Shown here piece by piece: positions 13,001-25,707 of a stretch of 64,000 nt of DNA. Source of the DNA: Haliotis cracherodii (Eukaryota). The notes beneath the pieces were generated by a model. It had not been told where the DNA came from. It saw only the letters and a program-made list of their open reading frames with translations, and ran no database searches. The position numbers and the translations under genes are program-made. The stretch lies in assembly GCF_022045235.1 (NCBI RefSeq), contig NW_027266275.1:7006001-7070000 (forward strand), given 5' to 3'. The number at the start of each line of letters is the position of its first letter. The first letter of the stretch is position 1.

Positions 13001-15531
13001 GTGCCCTCTCCTAGCTGATGATCCTGACACGGATTGTCAGTGCATTGTCCGGTCAAGACTCGAAAGTTCCACCTCAATTTTGCCCACTGGAATGTTGTCA
13101 CCACTAGTTTGCACTTCATGCCCAATGAAATCTGTTTCGGCAGAAGCTCGAGACTGATGTTTTACATTATCATACAACAAACATAACAGTTAGGCCCTTG
13201 CCATCCAAGACCGCTGGTATCCCGTTACATCTGTGTGTCACCATTCACATGATGCACAGTTTATGACTGTATCATGTTAAACGATTTAGAACGATCTTTT
13301 AAACGCAAACAAGCACTGTTATCTACAGATATACCTATTTATATACTAGTACTCATAATACAACGATGTTTACATGTATTTAGTTCTTCAAGAAATCCAG
13401 GCAAAAGACACATCGGACCACAGATTCCAACAAAAAGAGTTCCTCGGCTTCGAATCTTGATGTCTCCACTTTATCTAATGACAAACGTGACGATTTGAAT
13501 GATATGAAACAGGATGGAAATGTTCTAGTTAACAAACGTAAGTACTAGATGAATTCCATTGTTTTCAGAACACTACAAATATCCTAATTATCTTTACAGT
13601 ATTACCATCTTAGTATCGTGATTCCCAAAGTTAATATGTCGCCTAGATTTCTGAATAATTAAAAGTGACAAAACCCTTTTCTTAAAGGATTTCTGAAATC
13701 TGAACCCGGAATTCTGAACACTATCCATAATATAGTGAACAGATACTACTTTTCCTCTTCAGGTCAACGACATTTGACACATGTGTATGCTGGAGTTCCT
13801 ACTGATGGCATGGAAAGACTCGCGGACGTTGTCCAGTCAGGAAAAGTAACGGCCCTTGACCTTCATCAAACGATTCGCAAAATTCTTGATCTTCTTCATG
13901 ACTCAAGTTTGAAAGATCAGATTTCTCCACTCAATGATGATAACGTTTACGTCATGGTAGACAAGCAGGTACGTCACGTAACTATTCACTTGCAATTATG
14001 AAACTCGGTCCCGTTCATTGCACATAGATCACAAATCAGGCAAAGTTTACCAACGCTGACGACGGAGTGAAGTGGATGACAGTTCATAGGGCGTCTTTCC
14101 TGCCTCACACAGAAACACATGTTACATGTGCTGCCTCCTTGGGCATGTGACTTTGTTACAAATTGTCTGTGGTGGAAATTGCCCCTCTGTTCAACCAGCA
14201 GCGAATTGGTACTAGTTTGGTATGTGAGGATCATGTGCGTGTAGACCTAGTGAATTACAGGCAGCTCAAGCTGTATAGGCCCAAAGGCACTGTGAATGCA
14301 TTGGAATGCACACTGATGGTTAACTTCGAATCATCATCAGCTCAGGGCCCTTGTCCCCTCTACAAGCAGCCCAGACAGCGAATGGGACTTCTATCAGGAA
14401 GCGCTGCCTAGTCAAACCCACCCAGAACTTTTCGGAGTTCTACATTACCCAGATTGTCAGAGGGGCTATATTCCTAGTAGCAAACCGGATACCCTCCGCC
14501 AGTCAACAGATTGGTAGGTACCAAAGCTAAGGCACCGAGAACAATGGGGTGTCGGACAACTGGGTACTTGGGATGTAAGCGAAAGAGAGGTCCGCATATT
14601 TGCCATGTTTTTCCTCAATCCTGTCGATCACATTAGTTTCGAAAGGGACAGAATATTCAATGATATAAATGATTTCATTGGATTTAAAAAAAAGGACAAG
14701 CTCAGGTTTGTTGGCCTGGATAGGTCTGCGGCTGTATACGGGCCTATTCCAAAGAATTTTGTATTTATCGTTTTCCATGACGCCCTCTACATATTCCGGG
14801 TCGTACCATGGATGGACCTCTGTGTCAAAACAACAAGCATTGCGAAGATGTCGCTTAAGATATTGTGTTTGTACCAAAGCTGGACATCCACTGACAATGT
14901 GTTGGACACTCTCATTAAATTCATTGCATATTCTACATTTAATATTCACATTTTGATGCAACATTGACGATTCCGAGTGGAAAGTGTCTGGTCCTCGAGC
15001 AGCCAACAGAAAGCCTTCTGTTTCACTTTTCTTCCGTCTTCATTCAAGCGAAGAACTCTGCAGGGCTGCTGATCTTCTCAACACACTGTACATAAATTCG
15101 ATGAAGTGGTCGTTCAGATAGCCTCTCTTTGAAAATCTGTGTCTGGGCCGATGTGATAGGACACTTCGCTTGGTTCACACTCATTTCTGTACCGTTCAGC
15201 AGCTCACAACCATCAACAAAATCAACATTTTTCAATATTATTTATTCTAAGTCTTCCTTTTGATATAATACAGCATAGTGTTTACCGCCATCCTAGTTCT
15301 ATGATAGTAATCATATATTTTGAGAGCGTTTGATTTTCAATCCTGAATGACGTTACTGTAAAAACAAAACAAAAAGTTGTTCACGAATACAGGTCATTTA
15401 TCATGTTTCAGAACATTACGCAGGCATGCCTTTGCTACATGGACAGTAGCAAATCAACTGAACAGCGCCCCAATTCGGCTGATTTTAAGTTCCTGCTGTC
15501 ACTGATGATGTACATCCTGACCTCATCCTAA
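383..15531 (+). CDS. GRL101-like LDLa-repeat/leucine-rich-repeat rhodopsin-class GPCR (LGR type C2-like); 5' end lies upstream of the window
   Basis: Phase-compatible GT-AG exons: 383-529, 1521-1634, 2831-2944, 4180-4329, 4842-4952, 5239-5355 (LDLa-type modules, e.g. [35 protein letters not shown]); 7811-9367 (LDLa, LRRs, TM1-6); 12527-12654 (TM7, NSALNPLVY); 13384-13537, 13763-13968, 15412-15531 (tail, TAA). The LDLa+LRR+7TM architecture is that of Lymnaea GRL101. Confidence 0.9.
1002..1139. other. Assembly gap
   Basis: Run of N. Confidence 1.
1140..1227. repeat. (CA)n/(CGCA)n compound microsatellite
   Basis: Directly visible next to the gap. Confidence 0.95.
3465..3595 (-). mobile_element. 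Family-B short interspersed element, 5' half
   Basis: Reverse-complement match to the family consensus cccgtgaagatccggggtagaataggtcttcagcaac...tgtcgtaagaggcgactaacgggatcgg. Confidence 0.75.
3826..4143 (+). mobile_element. tRNA-headed SINE with Meta/MESC-like domain, poly-C and (CA)n tract
   Basis: A/B-box-like head (tggtagagcg...ggttcgatcc), then cataccaaa...tggtacttgttgtttccctgcctggcgctcggcattaagg. Related copy at 803-1292. Confidence 0.7.
4600..4795 (+). mobile_element. Family-B short interspersed element
   Basis: cttgccgtaaaagacgactatgcttgtcgtaagagagactaacgggatcg...agctggaatatt...(AAAC)n tail; many other copies in the window. Confidence 0.8.
5303..5689 (+). repeat. 65-bp tandem repeat, 6 near-identical copies, covering the 3' half of an LDLa exon and its splice donor
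   Basis: gcggtaagatg recurs at 5353, 5418, 5483, 5548, 5613 and 5678. Confidence 0.97.
5843..7340 (+). repeat. 26-bp minisatellite (accctatgtaacaaaggtctatctct), roughly 57 copies
   Basis: Directly visible; copies diverge progressively toward the 3' end. Confidence 0.97.
7552..7718 (-). mobile_element. Family-A tRNA-derived SINE with (CACT)n tail and 13-bp target-site duplication
   Basis: Head gggcggtcgggtagcctagtggttaaagcg...ggttcgattcccg; TSD cagatgtacatga at 7541-7553 and 7719-7731. Confidence 0.9.
7811..9367 (+). CDS. Large exon of the GRL101-like receptor: last LDLa module, LRR region, hinge and TM1-TM6
   Basis: Acceptor cacaacag at 7810 and donor ATG G|gtaaat. Contains most of ORF 7984-9429: LRRs ([32 protein letters not shown]), hinge [34 protein letters not shown]. 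Confidence 0.95.
10415..11927 (-). mobile_element. Full-length Tc1/mariner (DD34E class) DNA transposon, defective, in a GPCR intron
   Basis: TIRs tact(c)ttcaaaaaaagaaacttgaca at both ends, flanked by TA. Transposase split into ORF 11137-11679 (HTH region, [15 protein letters not shown]) and ORF 10607-11050 ([18 protein letters not shown]). Confidence 0.95.
10607..11610 (-). pseudogene. Tc1-like transposase, frameshifted, third catalytic residue E to V
   Basis: Frame break near 11140; SPIVHLW where the family consensus is SPIE(H/N)LW. Confidence 0.88.
12040..12113 (-). mobile_element. Single terminal fragment of a pogo/Tc1-mariner-type MITE
   Basis: Minus strand begins tacagtcgaacctcacttatccggacac with repeated tatccggac motifs; no partner end found. 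Confidence 0.5.
14330..15235 (-). mobile_element. 3' fragment of an RLE-type non-LTR retrotransposon (R4/NeSL-like)
   Basis: ORF 14527-15006: CCHC knuckle [18 protein letters not shown], then RH, KPELVL...[10 protein letters not shown]...EEKHGKY, a PD-(D/E)xK restriction-like endonuclease pattern. Second copy at 31735-32145. Confidence 0.85.
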
Positions 15532-15709
15532 CATTGGGGACTTGAACTGTGTTGATCTCTCACTGACGAATGCTACGTCCAATCGACATTTCTGCATATT
15601 TCATAACATACATAGTTGCTTTTGGTCAGTGGGGCTATTCAGGTGATGAATTGAATAGACACGTCACGGTGTTTTAGCACTTAAACCAAATACGAAATAT
15701 TGTTATTGC

Positions 15710-15715
15710 AATAAA
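15710..15715 (+). promoter_or_regulatory. Probable polyadenylation signal of the GPCR gene
   Basis: AATAAA about 180 nt after the predicted stop codon at 15531. Confidence 0.5.
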
Positions 15716-16453
15716 TATTGAAATATTTGTGTAATCGTGGTTGGTATTTGTTGGTTGTTGCAAACGTTATTATGAAACACTTGAGGAATTGCAAAGCAAT
15801 GATAGTCACGGAATCAGTCGTGCCCAATCCAACATAAATCATATATCATGATAATCTGGCAACTGAGTATCTTTGTGTCCATACCTTCATTGTGACACAC
15901 TTCAGTTCCTTAAATTCTTTCAGTTCCATTCCATGGAGCAGGGTACGTGCATTACTAGCACGAACTGAAGGAAATAAACGTGCACATGTGGCATTTAAAG
16001 CCACGTGATAAAAACTCAATGATGATGTTTATCGCTAGCAAAATTCATACGACTTGAAAATCGCACGTTACTCTGAGTAGTATATCTTATCGCCGGAATG
16101 ACTTGTATTTCAAAACTGTATTATAAAACATGTCAAGCAATAATTACTATATTTTGTGCTTCTATTTCAAGTGGCAAGGATTCTGGACTCGTCATTTAGC
16201 CAGACTGATTTTATATGTGATTGATTAGACCAATACATTTTATGATTTATATACATTATTATATACAAAAATATACTGATTCACATGTTCAGGAGGTCAA
16301 ACCTACACGTTAGGCCGTATTCTTATCGTGAGAAGAACAAAACCAGAGACTATCAATATTATTCTTATCACTCTCACCCGACACAGCGGCAACACCTTGA
16401 TTGAGCTACAGAAATATTCCACGGCTTTGTGTCAGAAAGAAAGTCAGGGACAA

Positions 16454-19400
16454 ATGTTGGGTCTTTGGTTTCTTGTTCTAGCGTGTCTAACTTCAGGTAA
16501 GACATACCAACGGATAGAAAAGTCTTATGTTGTCTCCAACACATTTATGATTGATCTTTTTTATAAGTGGTTTTGAAGGCAAAGTAAATACAATACCCAG
16601 ATTGTAAAAAATACATTCATATAACTGAAGTTAGGGATGTATGGAACACAGTGGTGTCTATTACTCTTGATGTAATTCTTATAAGTCTGTTACTTATGAT
16701 GTTACACTACTTTTCGATGTTCAAATATAGCCTGCATTGTGCATTGCACGATTGGTTCAGTCTGTCGACCTGTAATTGCAGTCAGTCTGTGTTATTGCAG
16801 GTGTCTTGGGCGATATAGATTCTCCAGGATGTGGGATCAATGATGTCGGTTTTGATTACACCACTCTCCCAAAGGCAGTCAGGAAACGCATTGTTGGTGG
16901 ACAAATCGCAACACCACATTCGTTTCCATGGATGGTAAATAACAACAAAATGTTTTTACGAACATCTGACGAAAATTAAATCCCAGTGACTAATCAGTTG
17001 GTCAGTGCAAAGGTCACCTAACTAATCATTCAATCAACTGATGAATCATCAGCCAGTGTGTCTCAAGTTTCATTATACTGGCAAAAGTACAGTTACTCTA
17101 TTTGTTCAGAAATGTCAAGATCAATGTAATTAAATAAAATATTAATATTTTATTCTTTACGTATCTAATTCCACTAAAAGCGTTTAATACATTATATATA
17201 TCATTCTGTATAAATATGTAGAAGTGTGAGCATAATATATTTGTAGGCGATACAGGTAACAAGCACCTTTAATAGGTGAAACTGTAAGAAAATACTTGGT
17301 GAGTTCATATCATGTCATGGCTAAACAGTTAAATCAGGTGCATGTCTCTCAATAGTGATAAGGAGAACAACATGAGGCATACATTTTGTAATCTTGCTCA
17401 ATGTGTCCGTGTTCTCATTTTTTAACAAAGGTCGCGCTTGAATATCGGGGGGTCTTTGCCTGTGCTGGATCCCTTTTGAAGGGTTCATCAAAAAGATGGT
17501 TTATCCTCACCGCAGCCCACTGCCTTCAGTAAGTTATCCAGTATATGTATGGGTAAATATATCCCCGCAAAGTACCGACTTAACAATAAAAACTGTCCAT
17601 GTAAAAGTCAAATAGCTTAATGGATTTGTGGTTGCCCAGTGGATTTAAACTCCAAGCGTTGTTTTGCAGAGATTTGCCCTAGTTTTGAGGATCTGTATGG
17701 TGTTATGATATTTGGTTTGTTAGAAACAAAACTTTGTGAATCCTATGGAATAATTGTACAACATGCGTCTATTTGTGTTTTTGAGACTGTTTATTTCCTA
17801 CACTATTTTAAAAAACTATGACCAAGATAATGTGGACGTTTTACATGTATCCTATCATTATGTAATGTCATACCTGCCTCTTGAAAAAAACATCAAAACT
17901 TTTTACAATGTTGTCTCCTGCCAGTGGAACAGTCGTCACAGATTGGAAGATTCGTCTTGGGGCACACGATCTGTCGACAAGTGAACAATCCACTGAGTTA
18001 ATTGACGTCAAGGCCATGATGAGCCATCCTTTATTCAAGCCTACAACACTAGAGCATGACAGTGGTTTGATGGAACTGGTTAGAGCACCAAGGATAGGCA
18101 GGTCGGAAATCAACTTTGGTTGCGTTTCTGGCAATGAAACTGTTGCAGGAGAAATTTGTTATGTTATCGGATGGGGTACAACATCAGAAGGTATGTTTAA
18201 ATATATGATACAGATACACAAATGTTAACATTCGTTCTATTTCATAACCAATAACATGACGAATGTAACGCTCTTTAAAATATTATTTTACTATGATATG
18301 CTTGATTCTGGTTGGTCAAAATAACATTAAAAAGGGTATCTACTTCCATTCGATACCTTGCGATTAACATGACTTTAAAAACACCTTGCGAATGAAAACA
18401 TTGACCTATCGATGACCTATGCATTCATAAATATAACAGTGGGTGTTCATAAACCATTAAAATTGCATACGTTTGATCATAACGGTTTTTCAAACATAAT
18501 GAAATCTGTTGCAAAGCACACATAACCAAGTAAGACACACACTTACGACTGTGTCAGTACTACACAATCATCGGTCACAGATATTCTCGTATCGTACAAA
18601 GCTGACTCGCCTGCAGCTAAAAACGGCGTTATTCAAACTTAACTTGAGGATTAACTTAACAATGATGTTGTGGAAGTTGACATATTCCACAAGTAAATCA
18701 CTACAATAAAGGTGAACATAATAACATATCATGGCTGCCCTTGGGGTTCTTGAAATCTGTAAATCACACTGTCAACGTGAACAGCCATGAACAGTGAAGA
18801 GTAATGGAATTTAGTAAAGTTCAGCCATGGCAAAGTTGGGGGTGGAGAGATAATCAGTCTGGATTACTGAAGAATTCTGTTACAGCGGTGTTATATCAAA
18901 CTATATGGTATATAAGTCCAACTTGAACTAACTTAGATACTAGTATTTATACATAATATAAAATATTTCAGCGTTTTTTTCACGATTTCTATAACTTATG
19001 AACCGTACAGTAGAAGATGTCCAACTGTAGTACTAGATTAATAGTCCTTCGGGCAATTATATGTGATTTGCACGATTTTGAAAATACAGAGAAATACCAT
19101 TACCACCCGAAGTGAAATTATCCAGATTAATACATTATCAGCAAAAACGAATTATTGCTGTAATTATGGTCGCTTTACGATATATAGACGTACAATGCAA
19201 ATGTGTTTTTAACCTGTCCACAGAAAGCGCTCCGTCAGATATGCTGCAGGTTGTTGAGAAGCCCGTTATGTCCAAGGCCGCTTGTAGAAATATATATGGT
19301 TCTAACGACTTCCACGAATCTTCCATGATCTGTGCAGGCTTCCCCGAAGGAGGGAAAGACCCGTGTAAAGTATGTTACACACACACATTCCTTAATTCAC

Positions 19401-20265
19401 GCACCTGACCTTAGACAATCTTCAAATATTATCATCTACGATACAAAGACTTTTCTAAGATACTGTGTCCTTGACGTGAACATTGATTCGAAGCAGCTCA
19501 AAGACCACTTCCTCTACCCCTTATTTCAATTTCTTCATCTGTTGGATGTTTTTGTAGAATGACAGCGGTGGGCCTTTGATGTGTTATCGCAATGGCCGTA
19601 TGGAAATAATTGGTACGTATGGCAAAAACACGTAGACATTGGGTTATATAATGACCTAATGAGAGTGTCATTAGTTTAGCAAGAATGAATTATATGTAAT
19701 AAAAAAGAAAACTGAGATAATCAAAGCAGTCCTTTCTGAAAAGGGTTGATTCTTTGAATGCCTATATTATATACACTAAATGTTAATTTGTAATGAGCCC
19801 TAACCAGGAGCTTGGTTGTTTTGGAAACAGATAATTTCATGGATATTGGTATGGCGTCAGCGTATCCCAAAGATAATGAATTTGCGTTGGTTTGTAACAA
19901 CAGCCACCGTTCATAATGAACCGTCAAAGTATGCCATAAATATGAGTGTTCATCGTTGCAAAATTCTATGTCGTCAATATATTATCAAGTAAGTGTCTAG
20001 ATATGGACATTTTATTTCTTCATGACATAGTGAGTTAAATAGATAAAGTGAGTAAGGGCTATAATGAATAGAGAAAAAATGATAAGATTTTAACCTAATT
20101 CATATTTGTCCTAGGAGATACATTATCATGTAGCCGACCTTAACCAGGTTACATATTTCAGGAACCGTCAGCTGGGGCTTTGGCTGTGGTCAGCCGAACT
20201 CTCCAGCTGTATATGCAAGTGCAACGAGCGCCAGACAATGGATTGTAGCTACGATTAATGCTTAA
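16454..20265 (+). CDS. Trypsin-family (S1A) serine protease, copy 1, intact, secreted
   Basis: Exons 16454-16496 (signal MLGLWFLVLACLTS), 16801-16934 (RKR|IVGG), 17431-17528 (TAAHC), 17925-18190 (HDSGL, GWG), 19224-19369 (KDPCK), 19558-19612 (NDSGGP), 20162-20265 (VSWGFGC..PAVY, TAA). AATAAA near 20357. Confidence 0.93.
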
Positions 20266-22026
20266 AAGGCCTAGTTGAGACCAATACATGTGCAACTTCA
20301 ATACAGACTTTCAAAAGATTCGTCACAGTTTGCTTTCACCATGTGTGTAGAAGAACAATAAAATCGACAAAACCTTTGCCAGCAGAGTCGATTGTACGAT
20401 TCAGACTATATCAGGGACACGTGTTTATGAATCACTAGCAAATAGTGATGAATCCAGGTGTTCGTGAAAAGCATGGCGAACAATGCAATTTTACAATTCT
20501 TGGACGAAGTGTAGTCAACCCCAAATAAGGATAGACGATTTGCCTCGTAATACCGCCACAGCATGTAATGAAACGTTCTCATTGCCAGTCATGCCGTGAT
20601 AGTACGAGTGATATGGTGTACCACGTCTTAGGTAGTGGGATTATATACATGTACGGTAATATGTAATGTAACCCGGGTGTTGTCTATAGTGCCATCACTC
20701 ACCTTTGACATTGTTGTGTGAGACACACACTTAAACCACGACACAACTGAGAGGTATTTCTTCCAGATCGTTAATTCCAGTAAAACTCATACGACGCAAT
20801 ACCCAATGTCCATTGTTAATGGTTCCCACAACACCTATGTGAGGCCGTACTGCCCAAGGGCTGCATATTATTGCTGAATGTAAATTAGCCACGAGTCTAA
20901 TGACACCTTGTGTTACTTATTTTCATTAACTAAATATAACTGGGTGGTAAATAAATGTCACCGTATCTTTCATATAGAAGATGTCCATAAAAGTTCATAC
21001 ATTTTGTCCAAAATCTGTGAAACTCTTGTGTTCATGTGACACTTTTTTTTAAATGTTTGTACAAGCATGTACGCTGCACTTACTGCATGGTTCTGAAAGT
21101 GCCCCGCCTCCCTTTCAAGCTATGGCAGAGTTTCGTACATGAAGTTACCTGAAATATATATCTCAAACTTCTCCGTACGTTTGCACACTAAGATATTCTA
21201 CCCAACGAAATGGATTATAATACACGGAGTCATTACTGGTAGTTATTTTGATTAGCTACAGCATTATGTTAGCTACAGTAATAATATAGCATGTTTCAAG
21301 TTACCTGCTGAGATATCTCTGTAGAGTATGCCCTGTGGCCTGAACAGTCAAATCGGTGACAGCTATCATAAAACACCAACGCCTGCTTATCTCATCTGAA
21401 AACCCTGTCCTACAATGTTTTGAATGATATGGTGTCCCTAAGAAGAATATGCCAGCACTTCTGTGTTTCTGTGTTTTAGGGAATCTTGCATCAGGTAAGA
21501 AAACAATTATGCGGTGATACTGCGACAGTAACAGATCAAGTATTCGTCCGAACCATCGCTCCCTTCCTTTAAATGACAGTATTCAATTCTTTCCTCTTTG
21601 TTGTGTGAAAACGCGTAAATATGCCCAATTCAACGCAAATTGTACATGTACGTCCTGTATTTTCATTATGTCGAACAAATGAAAGGGAAGGTAATATGAG
21701 AATACAAATACCTTACACGTTTATTGTGGCTGAATCAAAATTATACTTGTGTTTAACTATTTTGTATCCTGAATATCAGTGTTAATTCACAGCTAACAGG
21801 TCGCATGAGACGACATGCAAGTTGCTTCAAAATTAGCTATCTATACGTAATACTTGTATAAAGAACTGATACAAATACCTTAGTTCGTTTGATATTAAAT
21901 TTATCAGTAACGAGGGACTTGTGAATTGACCTATAAGTTAGAGTGACACTGCTCCACTGTCTGGCACACATTTTCAATGAAGGTCAAGACATTATGTTCA
22001 TTACCATGTCTGTGTCTCTATTGTAC

Positions 22027-22155
22027 GGGGGCGGTCGGGTAGCCTAGTGGTTAAAGCGTTCGCTCGTCACGCCGAAGACCCGGGTTCGATTCCCGACATG
22101 GGTGCAATATTAATGTGTGAAGCCCATTTTTAGTGTCCCCCGACGTGATATTGCT
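22027..22155 (+). mobile_element. Family-A tRNA-derived SINE, 3' truncated
   Basis: Head nearly identical to that of the 7552-7718 copy. Confidence 0.85.
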
Positions 22156-22159
22156 GTCT

Positions 22160-22650
22160 CTGCTGTACGGCAATCATGCATCTGAACGTAACATCTAATC
22201 CAGTGACATTTCACATCATGCGTGAACAGCTTGTAGTGTAGGGAAACTCACAATCACTAATGCAATTGAGCTAAGCACTCGCTTAAAATGCCTTCGAGAA
22301 AGTATCTCAGTGAAAAGACAAATGGCAAGGTGTCCTGTTAAGTTTACCATAGGCGGCAAAGAATTGGGGTTGGCTGGCAGCACCAGGGACGGGCTGTGCA
22401 CCAGTGATGTTACACCATGTCTGCAGACGAATAAAGGTTTTGCGTCAGATTTACAGAGGACAGAAAACGTTGTTGGTGACGTGTGCTAGAATTATCGCAA
22501 ACATTTTGAACTGCAAGATGGCAATGTCAGTCGACCACATCGTGCCCAGGTCTTCGCCGATTATCTCCGTAGAGAGGGCATATGGACATTAGACCATCTA
22601 AGTCCCCTGACATGTCCCCAATACAGCATCTGTGGGATGTTCTCGAGTGG
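22160..22650 (+). mobile_element. Decayed Tc1-like transposon fragment
   Basis: Conceptual translation gives LQDGN..RPHRA and SKSPDMSPIQHLWDVL, with frameshifts. Confidence 0.65.
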
Positions 22651-22660
22651 AGAGTGTACG

Positions 22661-22723
22661 CCTCACCTCACCTCACCTCACCTCACCTCACCTCACCTCA
22701 CCTCACCTCACCTCACCTCACCT
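22661..22723. repeat. (CACCT)n microsatellite
   Basis: About 12 copies, directly visible. Confidence 0.97.
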
Positions 22724-23590
22724 TCACTTTCTTCCGCCGACAGCACTTGACATTTTACTGACACTTCAGTTCATGTATGACTCATGTATTTCATTTTCTG
22801 CCGCCAATAATATTAGAGACAAATAACAAACAAAAGTGCACATGTGATCAACTTTTTGAAAATACGTTCTTTGAACACGTGTTGCTGATATGGGTTAATT
22901 TGAATTTGACGTAGACGTTGGAGGTTGGAACAAGCACACATTTTACCCAATATGTACAATACTTTACTCAGATTGAACATCTGAAGTCTTCACTTTAATA
23001 TTTAATTATACTCATTACATAATACATCAATGTGTTCGTGATTGAATTGGCAGGTGTATTGAGTGATATAGAACCTCCTGGATGTGGGATCAATGATGTG
23101 GGCTTTGATTACACCACCCTACCAAAGACAGCCAGGAAACGCATTGTTGGTGGACAACTCGCCACACCACATTCCTTCCCATGGATGGTAAATAAAGTGT
23201 ATACCGAGAAGGATCTCACAAACATATTCATATCAACTCATTGTTGAAATATCAAATTTCATGAACAAGCAATAGGTAAATTAACCACATGTATTCACGA
23301 ATGGCTGACAATACCAAAGTTAAAAATGGATATTTTGTTCTTTGAACTGTTGTTATATATACATATTTGACGTTATACATGATTGTATTAACATTGTTGT
23401 TTTTTATGATTTTAGCTCTGTGAAAGATTCGGTCATGATATGGACAAAGGGATCAGTGAGGGATATTATGATAAGGCGCACGACATTAAACATACATGGA
23501 TAAAAGAAATTAATAATCCAGCTCCAGGACAATGATGATGTTTTAATAGTCCAGTCATTACGTGGTGACTTGTAACACAATCGAGTCTGG

Positions 23591-24131
23591 GCCCATCTTC
23601 CCGAGGTAAGGGCGTTAACTGATTGTAAAAGTCAGAACTTGTCGAACTAGGCTGGAATTCGTAGTTACATTTTGGCTGAATTAACGATTCTAGTCCAATC
23701 AAAATCGCGTAACGAACTAGACTTCCGGTTCGTAAACATCATGGATTTCAACGTGCAGATTCCTGTTGACTGCAGGATTTGCAAAGCATGTGTACCGTCA
23801 ACTGGGCGTCGAAAGAATTTTCAAAATCGTTTCATGTTTGTCTATAAGGTGCTCAAGTAATTTGATGCATTGATGTAATACACGTTTTGTTATAAAGTAT
23901 ATCTTGGGTATTGATTAGATCGTCTTGACTGAGCGCCTCCATGTTGTTTAAAGAAATTGACAGAGGTGTGGGAGACTGAATCTGATTGGTCACTAAGAGG
24001 GACAAAGAAGGGATATAACTCGTAATAGCCCCTGGTGGCGAGACGATGAAGCCTGGAAATTCCAAACTAGTTTGACAAGGGTGGAAAGTGGACTTTCATA
24101 GCCAGTTAACGCCCTTGCCTCGGGAAGATGG
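23591..24131. mobile_element. About 540-bp non-autonomous TIR element (MITE)
   Basis: Left ccatcttcccgaggtaagggcgttaactg matches the reverse complement of the right end cagttaacgcccttgcctcgggaagatgg; flanked by (g)tctgg duplication; empty site in the paralogous intron near 42231-42240. Confidence 0.8.
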
Positions 24132-25244
24132 TCTGGACCAGGTCAGACAAGTGAATGAGAGTATAAGCAACAACGCACACCATCAGGGTACAATGACACA
24201 CTATTCACCACGTTACAGAGTCTGACCAACCGAGCCTCATTTTAACACTCGGTTCATATGACAAGCAAAAGGCACACAGAATCGCCATAGGATTCAAATG
24301 TCAATTTACCATACAGAGACCATGTCATACCAAGAAACACTTTGGTGAAATAGAATATCTTTATCACCACAAAACAGAATAAAATCAACTCTGTATTAAT
24401 CAATCGTTCAGTCGAACGTCTTCTGATAGGTATAAAGGAATACTAGTGTATTTAACCTTACACAACTACACAACAAGATAATTTAAAACAAAATAGAGCA
24501 TCACGATATAGACTAACTAGATATAGCTGCATGTTCTCTGTCCATGTGTGTGGACTGCCAGTGACTTACAACGAGAAAGAATGCACAGTTATGAAATTGA
24601 TACTATAAGAGATAACATAATATGTATTGAGGTAATTCAACACGTGGGCATTCATCTCCATGTTTCACATGTTAGCTCTGTTAAAAGATTACTAGTGCCT
24701 ACATATCGTTGTCCATGTGAAGGGCATAAAGGTCCATGGCATGTGTATATATTAGTTTTCAGTAGTAATTGTTTGGTCTAATACATCCACTGATGACCCA
24801 GAAGCAGTTGATGTCCAAGCACATAATGATTATCGTAACAACTGATGAAGGTGAGGATGATTAGGCCGTGACAATTGCAATGTGTGACCTGGTTGAATTT
24901 GTGTCCTTGTACCCTTACAGCCCCTGATGCTATGAACCACTGCTTTGCCTGGCCGTGGAATTGTAGACCGTTGCTGACTAAGACGTATGATAACATTCAC
25001 TCACTGCCTGTACCGATGTCTCTAGGCTGCTCTTGGACATCGTGCTGTTATGCACTGTGCTGGATCACTTCTGAAAGGAAGTTCTGACAGGTGGTAAATC
25101 CTAACTTCTGCCCACTGTTTGCAGTAAGATGTCGACACCTAAACATACTTTAATTTAGAAGTGTTACAGTAGAACTGCACTTCTTATGAGGTGAAGTGTG
25201 AAATTTGGTTCAAGGTCGCCTCCAACATTATTGCCCTTATATAG

Positions 25245-25440
25245 NNNNNNNNNNNNNNNNNNNNNNNNNNNNNNNNNNNNNNNNNNNNNNNNNNNNNNNN
25301 NNNNNNNNNNNNNNNNNNNNNNNNNNNNNNNNNNNNNNNNNNNNNNNNNNNNNNNNNNNNNNNNNNNNNNNNNNNNNNNNNNNNNNNNNNNNNNNNNNNN
25401 NNNNNNNNNNNNNNNNNNNNNNNNNNNNNNNNNNNNNNNN
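25245..25440. other. Assembly gap
   Basis: Run of N adjoining a 44-bp tandem repeat. Confidence 1.
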
Positions 25441-25707
25441 TCACATCACAGCATTTCGGATTGATATAAAGGGAGAACCCAGGGTCACATCACATCATGT
25501 CAGATTGATATAACGGGATAACCCAGGGTCACATCACTGTATGTCAGATTGATATAACGGGATAACCAAGGGTCATATCACAGCATGTCAGATTGATATA
25601 ACGGGGGAACCCAGGGTCACATCACAGCATGTCAGATTGATATAACAGGATAACCCAGGGTCACATCAATGCATGTCAGATTGATATAACGGGATAACCC
25701 AGGGTCA
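25441..25707 (+). repeat. 44-bp minisatellite in intron 3 of protease copy 2 (at least 6 copies)
   Basis: Unit cccagggtcacatcacagcatgtcagattgatataacgggataa; period 44 (25478, 25522...). Confidence 0.93.

Noticed and set aside
25245-25440. Catalytic-His exon of copy 2 hidden in the gap
   Set aside because: The exon is present at 25026-25123; its internal stop hides it from the ORF track.
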